Shown here piece by piece: positions 18,841 to 28,611 of a DNA stretch of 64,000 nt; positions within the stretch are counted from its first letter, which is position 1; every line of letters begins with the position of its first letter. Location: IMG/VR virus record IMGVR_UViG_3300015375_001377, positions 1 to 64,000 of that record, one strand, 5' to 3'. The notes beneath the pieces were generated by a model. It saw only the letters and a list, made by a program, of their open reading frames with translations. It ran no database searches and was not told where the DNA came from. This stretch comes from a virus. Its lineage: Duplodnaviria; Caudoviricetes. The position numbers and the translations under genes were made by a program.

Positions 18841-18862
18841 TATTTATTTAATATAATAAATA
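18841..18862. promoter_or_regulatory. Back-to-back divergent late promoters
   Basis: Minus TAAATA(18846-18841)-N5-ATG(18835); plus TAAATA(18857-18862)-N5-GTG(18868). Confidence 0.65.
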
Positions 18863-18867
18863 ATTCT

Positions 18868-19263
18868 GTGGAAAATCCATTAAAAGAACAAGCTGGTGAT
18901 GGCACTATAATGCCATATAATTCATGGGTAAAAGGCATTGCAGCTAGGGAATTTAGTTCTTCTAAAGTATTTTTAAAGGATATACTTAACAAAAAGCCTT
19001 TTGAGACACAGCATCCCAATGATTCTAAAGCTGATAACGTATTACCTTACCCGCTCCCGCACCTTGTAGAATCCTTGGGCTCGTCTGTTGTAAACACAGA
19101 GAATTCACAAAGAATGCTTTTAGACGCTATTAATAATCCGCTGTTGCAGGATGACCATAATAAAACATTGATTAATAAAAGTTTAGATATTTTAAAAAAT
19201 ATAAGCAAAGCTTTAAAAGAAGTTACTAATAATCTTGATTATTTAAAAATTAGTATAAAATAA
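18868..19263 (+). CDS. Hypothetical late protein
   Basis: 131 aa, GTG start 5 nt after TAAATA. Confidence 0.55.
   Translation: MENPLKEQAGDGTIMPYNSWVKGIAAREFSSSKVFLKDILNKKPFETQHPNDSKADNVLPYPLPHLVESLGSSVVNTENSQRMLLDAINNPLLQDDHNKTLINKSLDILKNISKALKEVTNNLDYLKISIK
19235..19261 (+). promoter_or_regulatory. Possible early promoter
   Basis: TTGATT-N15-TAAAAT-N6-ATG(19268). Confidence 0.45.
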
Positions 19264-19267
19264 TTAA

Positions 19268-19696
19268 ATGCCTTTAGTATTACAAATACTAACATTTATT
19301 ACTGTCTCACTACTTTCTGGAATATATTTTTCTAAAATAGGTTTAAATTTTCTTTTAGGAGTAGCTGTTGGTTGCAGTATACAATTTATTGGTAATTATA
19401 TCTTTGAATCTATTCTTTCTGTTTATACAGCTTTAAAAAATAAAAAATTAGAAAATGAGCGTATTAAAGAGTTTTCTTACCAGGGATTAGAAGTTGAGTG
19501 CCCTTGTTTTAAAAAAATAAAAGAGTTTGTACCAATAAGATTAAACACAGATAACAAATATAAATGTATAGAATGTGGAAAAACAGTTGGTGTTTTAGTT
19601 GAAGCAACAACAGCTGTTACAACTGAACCTATTTACAGCCCAGAGCAGTTAGAAGAAACCTTAGTAAATATTGCTAACAAAAATGAAAATACCTAA
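19268..19696 (+). CDS. Membrane protein with C-terminal Zn-ribbon-like motif
   Basis: Two hydrophobic N-terminal segments; ECPC...KCIECGK. Confidence 0.55.
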   Translation: MPLVLQILTFITVSLLSGIYFSKIGLNFLLGVAVGCSIQFIGNYIFESILSVYTALKNKKLENERIKEFSYQGLEVECPCFKKIKEFVPIRLNTDNKYKCIECGKTVGVLVEATTAVTTEPIYSPEQLEETLVNIANKNENT

Positions 19697-20126
19697 TAGC
19701 ATCCAAGACCTTACTACGGAAAGACCAGCTACCTCATTAGATTTTTCCAAATCACCTTCATTTAATACTCAGCGTTTTTTTGAATGTATTAAGGATATAA
19801 TTCCTTTAGAATATAGAAAATTTTTTGATAAAGGCTATAATTTTTATAAACTAAGTAATAGTAGTGATTTGGCATTTTTAAAAACTATATTTTATCTTTA
19901 TATTGATTTTTATAAGGAATCTTTACGTAATTCTAATATAGATGTTGAAAAACAAGAAGTTACAATAAAAAGCTTGGATCTTATTTTTAAAAATGTTGAA
20001 AATAGTTTTGAAATATTTAATAATCTTTTGCAGCAGCAAAAAATAGATAAAAAAACATTTGACATAAATCAGATTTTCATGATAATTATAGGATATGCGA
20101 TATCTAACATCCAAAAATCAAATTAA
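19683..20126 (+). CDS. Hypothetical protein
   Basis: ATG 19683 overlaps the previous stop (the track used TTG 19671). Confidence 0.5.
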   Translation: MKIPNSIQDLTTERPATSLDFSKSPSFNTQRFFECIKDIIPLEYRKFFDKGYNFYKLSNSSDLAFLKTIFYLYIDFYKESLRNSNIDVEKQEVTIKSLDLIFKNVENSFEIFNNLLQQQKIDKKTFDINQIFMIIIGYAISNIQKSN

Positions 20127-20418
20127 GTTTACTACTAAAAATAAAGAAGAGGAAATGACTCTAGATGAGTATTCTAGGTGGTTATGTCTGCTTGAGGGTG
20201 TTGAGCTTGTATCTAAGAAAGCGCAAGAGATTAATATTAATGTTAATACAAGCATGGAATGGATTAAGCCGCTAGCTTTTCAAAAATATATTGAAGAACG
20301 CTTTGAGTCTATGAAAGACGAAGTAGAGCATTTTGAAAATAACCCTGATGCTGAAGCTATTAATAATAACAAAATCTCAATTTACAGTAAAAACAAGGAA
20401 CCCTTACTTACAAATTAA
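20095..20418 (+). CDS. Hypothetical protein
   Basis: 107 aa; start uncertain (alternative ATG 20155). Confidence 0.5.
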   Translation: MRYLTSKNQIKFTTKNKEEEMTLDEYSRWLCLLEGVELVSKKAQEININVNTSMEWIKPLAFQKYIEERFESMKDEVEHFENNPDAEAINNNKISIYSKNKEPLLTN

Positions 20419-21149
20419 TAACCACCGTAAACATCTCCATAATCTGTTTTTGTGTAGTCAAATATCTTTTTACTAGCTTCATCTACATTAAAAGAATAAT
20501 TTTTATCTGCACCTAGTACGTTAGGATCAGGGTTTTTAGCATCATCAAAAACCTGCTGATTAACAGCATCTCCAGATAGCCCTGGTTCAAAAGAATATTC
20601 AAATCTCTTAGCTTTTATTAACCATACATAGTGACCCATCAAGGGATTTATTTGGGCACTATCCTCATCAAGCCTTTCTGTTATTTCAAAATACTTACCA
20701 TTCCTACCCCCAGGCCTGTCATTACCATATTCTGCAAGTTGAAATACATCTCCAGATTTTGGCTCTTTACCCTCACCAAATGTCGCATAAAAAGATGATA
20801 TGTGAATAAAACCTGTTAACTCGTCATCAGATTGTAGCCCATATTTAGATAGTAAGATAGCGTTGTCGTTTAATGAAACTAACATTTTTATAGTGACAGG
20901 AGGCGAATATTGCTGTAATGGCTGCTCACCATATAGAGCATCTGAACCAGATAGAGTGAAATTATTAACTATATAACTAATTTTTTGGCCGTAAAGAGTT
21001 ATTTGCTCGAGCCAATAATTATTATACAGAAGCCTATCACCGTCTGTTTTGTCTTTATCAACAAAACTAAAACAATCATTAGGATTTTGATTAGAATAAG
21101 GATAGGTTTTTAGCTCTATATTTCCTGCTTGATATCCCTGACAGCTCAT
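20415..21149 (-). CDS. gp14: Neck/head-closure protein (gp14-like)
   Basis: EQITLYGQKISYI, LYGE, SKYGLQSDDEL, PKSGDVF, YFEIT, FEYS pattern typical of T4 gp14. Confidence 0.8.
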   Translation of the reverse strand: MSCQGYQAGNIELKTYPYSNQNPNDCFSFVDKDKTDGDRLLYNNYWLEQITLYGQKISYIVNNFTLSGSDALYGEQPLQQYSPPVTIKMLVSLNDNAILLSKYGLQSDDELTGFIHISSFYATFGEGKEPKSGDVFQLAEYGNDRPGGRNGKYFEITERLDEDSAQINPLMGHYVWLIKAKRFEYSFEPGLSGDAVNQQVFDDAKNPDPNVLGADKNYSFNVDEASKKIFDYTKTDYGDVYGGY

Positions 21150-21491
21150 TTATCTTACCTTTCTTAAAATAAAACCACCCCTAAAAGGTGTAATCATAAT
21201 TCCAGTGTTACCAAGCATGTGTGACTTAGAAAACCACTCTTCAGGACTAACGTTAAATTTTGTTAAAAGTTCAACTGCATCTGACTTTGTAATACCCTTA
21301 GTATTTGAAGCACTATTATTCTTCAAGCTTCTAAATGCTTCAGGTTCATTTTTGGTTTTATGAATATCAGGAATTGGCTTTTCCGGTTTCGATGTATTTA
21401 ACAAACCATCATCTTTCATATGTCTTGCACCTAGAGTACCTAGGTTGTTAGGTTTTAGAAATTTAGTATTTAAAAATTCTAAAAAAGTCAT
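21150..21491 (-). CDS. Hypothetical late protein
   Basis: 113 aa, N-terminus MTFLEFL. TAAATA(21502-21497)-N5-ATG. Its stop abuts the gp14 ATG. Confidence 0.55.
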   Translation of the reverse strand: MTFLEFLNTKFLKPNNLGTLGARHMKDDGLLNTSKPEKPIPDIHKTKNEPEAFRSLKNNSASNTKGITKSDAVELLTKFNVSPEEWFSKSHMLGNTGIMITPFRGGFILRKVR

Positions 21492-21505
21492 AAAAGTATT
21501 TAATC

Positions 21506-21538
21506 AAAAAAAAAGCCTAACTTGCGTTAGGCTTTTTT
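21506..21538. terminator. Intrinsic (bidirectional) terminator
   Basis: A9-GCCTAAC-TTGC-GTTAGGC-T6; on the minus strand a GCAA tetraloop followed by T9, downstream of 21556-22431. Confidence 0.85.
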
Positions 21539-21555
21539 CTACACCAACCAACAAA

Positions 21556-22431
21556 TTATTTTTGGAATATGTAGTGGCCTGTGCTTGATGCCTTACCAGC
21601 TACTTTCTGGCTACCCTTTGATTGTAGCTTAGCACCAGCAGATGTGGGTAGATCTTTACCTTTACCATCTACCTCACCTTTTACCTTACCATCACCTTCA
21701 CCTTTAGCAACTAAGGAATTTGTAGTATCGCCTACTTTATTATCCTTCTTTTGCAAAGATTCACCAGCTGAAGTTTTTAACTCAGTCATCTCTGTAGCCT
21801 CACCAGCTACAGCAGCAATTTCTTCGTTCTGCTCTGGCTTGGCTTCTTCAGCCTTATCCTCACCACCCAGATCCCCTTCACCACCTAGATCTTCCTCACC
21901 GTGATCTTCACTACTTAAAACCTCACCTAGAGCATCATGAAGCTTTTGAGCGAGCTCACGAGGAAGAGAAAATGATACTTCTTCTTCACCACCTTCTTGT
22001 TCATCACCAGCATGCTCTTCTGAACCTGGTGCTGCACCAAGGGTTAGGGCGTCTTGTTCGTCAGATGGAACTGCACCCATTACATCTTCAAATAGTTTAT
22101 CAAAAATACTTTTGCTCATAAAATTATTTATATTATCTGATTCACTTTTTTCTACATTTTCTTTAAAATTTTGTGCAGATAGTTTTTCAGAGCCTTGAAA
22201 TGTTTCTTTGTTTTTATCATGTTTTGGATCTGATTTAGCCTTTACATTAGCGCCACTAGCATTCTCAGGACCTGTTTTCTTTTGATCTACAAATGACTGT
22301 TTCTTTGTAGATGATTCTTTTTTGGAAACAACTTCAAATGAACCCTTAGCAAACTTAGAATCACTCTTTTCAGTTATAACTTGATTAACATAAATATCTT
22401 CAATACCTTTCATTTGACGTGTTAGATTCAT
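21556..22431 (-). CDS. Acidic low-complexity late protein, candidate prohead core/scaffold or internal protein
   Basis: 291 aa, Glu/Gly/Lys-rich, with internal restart-like segment MSKSIFDKLFEDVM. ATAAATA-N8-ATG upstream, strong terminator downstream. Confidence 0.55.
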   Translation of the reverse strand: MNLTRQMKGIEDIYVNQVITEKSDSKFAKGSFEVVSKKESSTKKQSFVDQKKTGPENASGANVKAKSDPKHDKNKETFQGSEKLSAQNFKENVEKSESDNINNFMSKSIFDKLFEDVMGAVPSDEQDALTLGAAPGSEEHAGDEQEGGEEEVSFSLPRELAQKLHDALGEVLSSEDHGEEDLGGEGDLGGEDKAEEAKPEQNEEIAAVAGEATEMTELKTSAGESLQKKDNKVGDTTNSLVAKGEGDGKVKGEVDGKGKDLPTSAGAKLQSKGSQKVAGKASSTGHYIFQK

Positions 22432-22452
22432 TAGATAAGTATTTATGTAATA

Positions 22453-24165
22453 ATGAGTAAAGATACAGAAAATAAATTTTATCTAGGTAATAAAAACCTA
22501 CCTTCCCCAGAGACCACATTTAATTATGCAGATCATCCTGAATGGGTTGCAGATCTAGTAAAATGCAAAAAAAACATACTTTATTTTGCAGAAAACTTTT
22601 TTTATATTGTTAATCTTGAAAGAGGTAGAGAAAAAATCAAATTACATAATTACCAAAAGAGAATATTACGTTCATTGAGAGATAATAGATTTGTTGTATT
22701 TCTCTCTTCAAGACAATCAGGCAAAACCACATTAATGACAATATATGCATTATGGATAGCTAGCTTTTTTGAAGACCAACGCATTTTAATTGTCGCAAAT
22801 AAAGAGCAAACTGCTATTAATATTTTTAAGAGAGTTCGTTTAGCTTATGAACAACTACCTAATTACCTAAAGCCAGGAACCGTAGAATACGGTAAAACAT
22901 CTATGTCATTAGCAAACGGGTCATCCATTGGCATATCAACCACTTCTTCCGATGCCGGTAGAGGTGAATCTGTTAATGTTGTTATTCTTGATGAGTTAGC
23001 TTTTATTGATAATCATTTGGTAGATGAATTTTGGAAATCAGTTTATCCTATTATTTCATCTTCTAAAAAATCTAAAATATTTGTTGCTTCAACTCCAAAC
23101 GGAACAGGTAATCTTTTCCATGAATTATATTCTGGTGCTATGGAGAAAAAGAATGGCTGGCATCCAGAGCGTGTTGATTGGTGGGAGGTCCCTGGTCGTG
23201 ATGAAGAGTGGAAAGAAAAAACTATTAGAACTCTTGGAAGCACAGATGCATTTGATCAAGAATTTGGAAATGTATTTCTTCAAACTGGTGAGAGTGTAGT
23301 AAATGAAAAATTATTTGAAGATCTTAAACAAGAAGTTAGGGAACCATTGTTTGTTTATGAAGATGGTAGCTACCTATTATTCGACACCTACAAACCAGAT
23401 CATATTTATGTTGCAGGGGTTGACGTTTCTGAAGGCGTCGGAGAGGCATCTAGTGTTGTTCAAATTCTTGATATTACAAATTTAAGATCAATTGAGCAAG
23501 TAGCTATATTTTGTAATAATAACATATCACCCTATAATTTTACTTCTAAGTTACGCGACATTCTCCAGCACTGGGGCTCTCCTTTAGCTCTTATAGAAAG
23601 AAATAATTGTGGTGCTCAAGTTGTAGACCAACTTAAAAATTCTTTAAACTATGATAATATAGTCTCTTATGGTATCAAAGGCACTGCACCGCGAATCGGG
23701 GTTCAAGCTCATACTAATACAAAATACAAAGGTGTAATGAATATGAGATACTGGCTAAATGAATTAAAGTGTGTAAGAATTCATGATTTAAGAACTTTAA
23801 ACGAATTAAAAAACTTTGTACGTTATCCAAACGGTACGTGGGCAGCTAAACCAGGAGCTGACAATTGGGATGACAGGGTTATGTCATTAGTATGGGCTTT
23901 AGTAATTCTTGAAAACGAATTGTGTGAAAAATATTTTGAAGTAGCGGAATATGATGATAATAAAAAACCATTAAAGGTCAAAGAACTGGATTATGGCATT
24001 AAATATTATGTGAACCCTAACAGCATTTATTCTAATGAAAGAGACAAAAATGAAGCAAACCCATTACCTATTTTACTCCCAGGTGGAGAAAGCTTTAACG
24101 AGGAAATTCAAGATCTTGAAACGCAAGGATGGAGATTTTTAAATGGCAAACCTAGTCACCTATAA
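22453..24165 (+). CDS. gp17: Terminase large subunit
   Basis: SSRQSGKT Walker A, ILDELAF Walker B, ASTPNG, nuclease GVDVSEG, DDRVMS. Confidence 0.96.
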   Translation: MSKDTENKFYLGNKNLPSPETTFNYADHPEWVADLVKCKKNILYFAENFFYIVNLERGREKIKLHNYQKRILRSLRDNRFVVFLSSRQSGKTTLMTIYALWIASFFEDQRILIVANKEQTAINIFKRVRLAYEQLPNYLKPGTVEYGKTSMSLANGSSIGISTTSSDAGRGESVNVVILDELAFIDNHLVDEFWKSVYPIISSSKKSKIFVASTPNGTGNLFHELYSGAMEKKNGWHPERVDWWEVPGRDEEWKEKTIRTLGSTDAFDQEFGNVFLQTGESVVNEKLFEDLKQEVREPLFVYEDGSYLLFDTYKPDHIYVAGVDVSEGVGEASSVVQILDITNLRSIEQVAIFCNNNISPYNFTSKLRDILQHWGSPLALIERNNCGAQVVDQLKNSLNYDNIVSYGIKGTAPRIGVQAHTNTKYKGVMNMRYWLNELKCVRIHDLRTLNELKNFVRYPNGTWAAKPGADNWDDRVMSLVWALVILENELCEKYFEVAEYDDNKKPLKVKELDYGIKYYVNPNSIYSNERDKNEANPLPILLPGGESFNEEIQDLETQGWRFLNGKPSHL

Positions 24166-24772
24166 TCAAAGCCCTTTTAATAAATCACGTAAAGATAAAT
24201 TTTTACTAGTTTTAAATTTACCTGATGCTTTAAAAACAATTACAAAGGACGTAGTAAGATCTAATACTGGAATAGTAAAAAATTCTTTAGAGTTCAGTGT
24301 TTATGGAGCTGTAGTTCCTAAAATAGTTATACCAGAAGTTAATTTGAGATACAATGGGCAGAACTTGGCGGTATCAAGTAAAACAAGACCACCTTACGAC
24401 CCCGTAACAGTTAATTTTACAGTAGATAATAGATTTAACAATTACTGGACAATTTATCAATGGCTAAATCTTATTAATAACGATCAAACTGGTATATATG
24501 ATCCAGAAAATCTTACTCTAGATAGTACAACTCAAAGAGCTTTAAATTTATCTGACATAGGTTCAAATTTAGAGTATACTGCAAATATATCTTTATTTGC
24601 TTTAGATGAATATGACAAGAGAGTCGCTGAGTTTTTATACACTAAAGCTTTTCCTACAGGTCTAGGCAATATAGATTACAACTATAGAGATGCTGATGAA
24701 GTAGAAACATACTTCACCTTCTCATTTTCACAGCTTATAATGAAATTAGTAGAAAATGTAGATACTTTATAA
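24143..24772 (+). CDS. gp3: Tail tube terminator/completion protein (gp3-like)
   Basis: Tube-fold pattern VPKIVIP, YDPVTVNFTVDN, IYQWL, AFPTGLGNIDY. Confidence 0.7.
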   Translation: MANLVTYNQSPFNKSRKDKFLLVLNLPDALKTITKDVVRSNTGIVKNSLEFSVYGAVVPKIVIPEVNLRYNGQNLAVSSKTRPPYDPVTVNFTVDNRFNNYWTIYQWLNLINNDQTGIYDPENLTLDSTTQRALNLSDIGSNLEYTANISLFALDEYDKRVAEFLYTKAFPTGLGNIDYNYRDADEVETYFTFSFSQLIMKLVENVDTL

Positions 24773-24804
24773 AAAAAAATTTAAAACTTTAGTTCGAAAA
24801 TAAA

Positions 24805-24810
24805 TAAATA
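24805..24810 (+). promoter_or_regulatory. Late promoter (gp18)
   Basis: ATAAATAAATA-N6-ATG(24817). Confidence 0.7.
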
Positions 24811-24816
24811 CTTTAT

Positions 24817-27093
24817 ATGGCATTACAAAGTCCCGGTGTACAAGTTAGTGAGGTAGATCTTTCTTTAAGAGCAACAGGAACAGGTGTAACAACAGTACTT
24901 ATACCTGGTTTTGCTACTAAGGGACCAGTTGCAGAGCCTATACAAGTTTCAACACTTTCAGAATTTGAACAAATATATGGCCAGCCTACTAATGCTGCTG
25001 AAAGATATTTTTATCATTCCGTTAAAGCAGTATTTTCAAGTCCAGCTGATGTCTTAACATATAGGCTACCTTATGGTGAAGGTTCTGGCGTAGGAACAAC
25101 TACAAATTACAGTGCATTAGTTTATCCTGTTAAAGCATATGCTGATGGCGCTATTACAAGTCTCTTAACATCTACTACTGCATCATATTTCTTTGGTAAA
25201 CCTACCCATGTAAAGTTAACAGAAGATGAATACCTAAGTATTAAACGCGGTGATGGATTTACATGGGCTAATAACTCATTAGGCTTATCTTCATTTGATA
25301 GTGTTCCAAGCTTAGGCAATGCAGGTCTAATTATTTTAAATAAATCACAATCTTCTGTTAATAGTAGATTTGAAGGATATTATATTGGTGCTCTAGACAA
25401 TACTAACTTAAACCCCGCTACAGAGTATGATGATATACAAAAAGTATATTCTGTAAACTCATCCGATACATACATAACAGACTTTATTGATCTACCTCAA
25501 GCAAGACTAGACTTCCCTCTATCAGCTACTAATGTTGGCCCAGGTGGAAGTGTATCACAAGCACTAGAAGGCGCACCTACATTTGATATTTACAATCATG
25601 ATTACGACGACACAGTAGTACTTGGTGTCTTTAAATTAAGACAGTCCGTTTTTTCACCCGATACAATTTCACTAGGATATGTTCTTGAAGAGAAATATGT
25701 CGCTTCATTAGATGCCAACAGACAAATTAATTCAGAAAACGGTGGTACACCTTTAAGCTTTTTCTTAGAAAACCGTACATCAGATTCTGCACAAATTGAA
25801 GTTTTAGTAAACCCATATATTTCAAATAAAAATTCTAGCTCATGGTTAGATATAAACGGTGTACCAAAGAAAAAAGTTCGCTTCCTAGGTACGAGATTGC
25901 TAACACCTCTCGCTGGTGAAACTAATTCAGAGTATCTTACACGTGTTGGTGCACCTCAAGTAACAGTAGCTACACTTGCATCACAAATTGGTGAAGTAGA
26001 TTCATTGTTTGCATTAGGTGACTATTCTAATCAGGATCTTAATACTAAGAAAATTGGCAATGTACCTGCTAAGTTAAGTGTTCTTTTTGATAAGACAGAG
26101 AATTACGATGTTTATCCTATTAATGTTGTAATAGAAGCTGGCTTAGGCACAGTATATGTTAATTCTTTAAATCCTGCAACATCAGGTTATTTCGATGACA
26201 CTGCAGTCTACAGTGCAATTGAATCTCTAACTGCACAAAACCCCGTATCCCTTCCTCAAGTAGCAACTGACTATCTTGCCGTTGCCAACACATTCATTAA
26301 CTTCTCTGAGAATGCTAGAAAAGACAATATTTCTATATTAGACCCTATTACTAATATATTTGTAGAAAATAACGTTAAAACATTAGATGACCCTGCAAAA
26401 ACATTTTCAGGCAATGTCTATTGGCCATTGCGCAATCAATTCTCAGGTATTAATACAAGTTATGCTTGTACTTTTGCCAATTGCGTAAAAGTAGCTGATT
26501 CTGCTAGCAATCAACAAGTATGGGTTCCATTCTCCGGATTTGCTGCTGCTAACTTTGGAAAGACAGATACAAACTTCCAACCTTGGTTTGCACCTGCAGG
26601 ATTTACTCGCGGTGTGGTTGGTGGTATTGTTGATCTTGGAATTTATCCTAAGCAAACACAAAGAGACAAGCTATATCAAATTGGATTAAATCCAATAGCA
26701 TTTTTCCCTGCAGAAGGCTATGTAATCTTCGGTCAAAAGACACTACAAAAGAAGCCAAGCGCATTTGATAGAATTAATGTACGTAGATTATTCTTGAACC
26801 TAGAAACTGCAACGAGAGATACTGTAAAGTTTTTCGTGTTTGAGCCTAACACGCTCTTTACAAGAACACAGGTATTAAATACATTGACACCTATATTTGA
26901 AAATGCCAAGAACACCCAGGGGCTGTATGATTACCTGATCATATGTGATGAGCGTAATAATACACCTGCGATTATCGATGCTAATGAATTAGTAGTTGAC
27001 GTTTATCTCAAACCTGTAAGAACTGCAGAATTTATTTTAGCTAACTTTTATGCTACAAGAACAGGAACTAACTTCCAGGAGATAGTATCATAA
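24817..27093 (+). CDS. gp18: Contractile tail sheath protein
   Basis: SPGVQVSEVDLS, FATKGPV, WFAPAGFTRG, LNPIAFF, GQKT, SAFDRINVRRLF, VFEPN, KPVRTAEFI. Confidence 0.97.
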   Translation: MALQSPGVQVSEVDLSLRATGTGVTTVLIPGFATKGPVAEPIQVSTLSEFEQIYGQPTNAAERYFYHSVKAVFSSPADVLTYRLPYGEGSGVGTTTNYSALVYPVKAYADGAITSLLTSTTASYFFGKPTHVKLTEDEYLSIKRGDGFTWANNSLGLSSFDSVPSLGNAGLIILNKSQSSVNSRFEGYYIGALDNTNLNPATEYDDIQKVYSVNSSDTYITDFIDLPQARLDFPLSATNVGPGGSVSQALEGAPTFDIYNHDYDDTVVLGVFKLRQSVFSPDTISLGYVLEEKYVASLDANRQINSENGGTPLSFFLENRTSDSAQIEVLVNPYISNKNSSSWLDINGVPKKKVRFLGTRLLTPLAGETNSEYLTRVGAPQVTVATLASQIGEVDSLFALGDYSNQDLNTKKIGNVPAKLSVLFDKTENYDVYPINVVIEAGLGTVYVNSLNPATSGYFDDTAVYSAIESLTAQNPVSLPQVATDYLAVANTFINFSENARKDNISILDPITNIFVENNVKTLDDPAKTFSGNVYWPLRNQFSGINTSYACTFANCVKVADSASNQQVWVPFSGFAAANFGKTDTNFQPWFAPAGFTRGVVGGIVDLGIYPKQTQRDKLYQIGLNPIAFFPAEGYVIFGQKTLQKKPSAFDRINVRRLFLNLETATRDTVKFFVFEPNTLFTRTQVLNTLTPIFENAKNTQGLYDYLIICDERNNTPAIIDANELVVDVYLKPVRTAEFILANFYATRTGTNFQEIVS

Positions 27094-27097
27094 TAAC

Positions 27098-27103
27098 TAA
27101 ATA
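27098..27103 (+). promoter_or_regulatory. Late promoter (gp19)
   Basis: TAAATA-N5-ATG(27109). Confidence 0.7.
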
Positions 27104-27108
27104 ATTTT

Positions 27109-27657
27109 ATGGCAGATGTAAACCAAACAATTCAAGACTTCTACAGAGCAGCTACTAATCGCGAATTCGCACGCGATTATAATTTTAGATTACTAAACAT
27201 TAGTACTGGTGGTGTAAGTAACATTACTTTTGATAACAATGATTTAGTTTATGTAAAAACAGCAACACTACCTGCTAGAGAGATTGCAAATATTCCCGTA
27301 CCTTACATGGGGTTAAATTTTAATATTCCAGGTAATGCTTCATATCCAGATAGTGCTAATTATCAGCTAACATTTTATTGTGATGCAAAATCTCAAATTC
27401 GTCAGAAGTTTGAACAATGGTCTTTAGATATCTTTAATGATGCAAATTCTACAGGTAATTATTTTTCTCCAAAACAAACTGCGGTAATAGATTTAGTACA
27501 GCTAGATAATCAATTAAACAAAACAGCTCAATATCAACTTGTAGGTGTTTCTATAAGAAGTGTTGGCCCTCTTAATTACAATATTGCTGCTGGTACAGGT
27601 GAAACAGTGGAATTTACAGTAGGCGTTTCTTATCACTACTGGCGTAAAATAAGTTAA
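27109..27657 (+). CDS. gp19: Tail tube protein
   Basis: ARDYNF, VKTATLP, VPYMG, FEQW, EFTVGVSYHYW; follows the sheath gene. Confidence 0.9.
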   Translation: MADVNQTIQDFYRAATNREFARDYNFRLLNISTGGVSNITFDNNDLVYVKTATLPAREIANIPVPYMGLNFNIPGNASYPDSANYQLTFYCDAKSQIRQKFEQWSLDIFNDANSTGNYFSPKQTAVIDLVQLDNQLNKTAQYQLVGVSIRSVGPLNYNIAAGTGETVEFTVGVSYHYWRKIS

Positions 27658-27673
27658 TAACAAGTTCAGACCT

Positions 27674-27679
27674 TAAATA
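27674..27679 (+). promoter_or_regulatory. Late promoter
   Basis: TAAATA-N5-GTG(27685). Confidence 0.65.
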
Positions 27680-27684
27680 ATTAG

Positions 27685-28593
27685 GTGAACAACCCGTTTA
27701 CCTCTGCCCTAGGTAGTGTAGGGCAAAATTTTAATGGCTTAATAACAGGAACTAATCCTTTATTTGCTCCTCAAGCAGCTAGTTTATTTGGCTTTAATAT
27801 ACCTGCAGTTCCTATAATTAGTGTACGTGACTATTTTCTAGTTCAGATGGAGTCTTGGTTTACAGCTATACCACCTTCAACTCAATGGATTGTTGTAATA
27901 GATAGATACCCTGTTGGTTTAAATACAAGAATTCTACAATCTTTAGAAAGAACTGATGGCAGTAAGAAAGGATGGGACGTAAGTGTAGCTAAAACAATCT
28001 TAACAAGTTACCCGCTTCAAAAAGTAATAGGGTGTTTGTTTGCAACAGCTGCAACAATACCACCAGAAGAATATACCCCTGAATCCGCCTCAGTACAAAA
28101 TAATAGAGGGTTTGTTCCTGGAATATTAGGAGGCGCAAGAGACTCTTCAGCACCAACTTTAAATATTGATTTTAGAGAAACAAATACTTCTTTCGTTGAT
28201 TTTGTAATTAAACCTTGGACCATTTTAGCAGCACACTATGGAATGGTTGCTAGACCAAACGATAAAGGGTCCAAAAGAGATAGAAAAAATGTAAAGTGTA
28301 ACATGACACTTTTACAATATTCAAGAACCTTAAACAGCATTTCAATGATACCTAGAAAAGTATATAATTTTTACAATTGTGTTCCTTATTCTGTAAATGC
28401 CTATAATTTAGAGCACACAGATGACAGCTTACAATCAGTTAATACAAGATGGACTTATTCACATTATACTATTGAAAGTGCATTATATCTGCCTGTTCAA
28501 GATATAGTTAACAGAATATCTAATGGATCAATTCCAAGAATTACATCTTTTCAAAACGGTATAGGCTCTATCAATCCACTTGGTTTTATATAA
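27685..28593 (+). CDS. Baseplate tail-tube initiator (gp54-like, tube fold)
   Basis: Tube-fold C-terminal half (IDFRET, YNFYNCVPYSV, WTYSHY); position after gp19. Confidence 0.6.
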   Translation: MNNPFTSALGSVGQNFNGLITGTNPLFAPQAASLFGFNIPAVPIISVRDYFLVQMESWFTAIPPSTQWIVVIDRYPVGLNTRILQSLERTDGSKKGWDVSVAKTILTSYPLQKVIGCLFATAATIPPEEYTPESASVQNNRGFVPGILGGARDSSAPTLNIDFRETNTSFVDFVIKPWTILAAHYGMVARPNDKGSKRDRKNVKCNMTLLQYSRTLNSISMIPRKVYNFYNCVPYSVNAYNLEHTDDSLQSVNTRWTYSHYTIESALYLPVQDIVNRISNGSIPRITSFQNGIGSINPLGFI

Positions 28594-28611
28594 TTTATTG
28601 TAAGTAATTTA

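Noticed and set aside
2931-24165. Inteins, introns or homing endonucleases in gp43, UvsX, gp41, gp61, gp17
   Set aside because: Lengths are normal, motifs are contiguous, and no LAGLIDADG, HNH or GIY-YIG motifs were seen.
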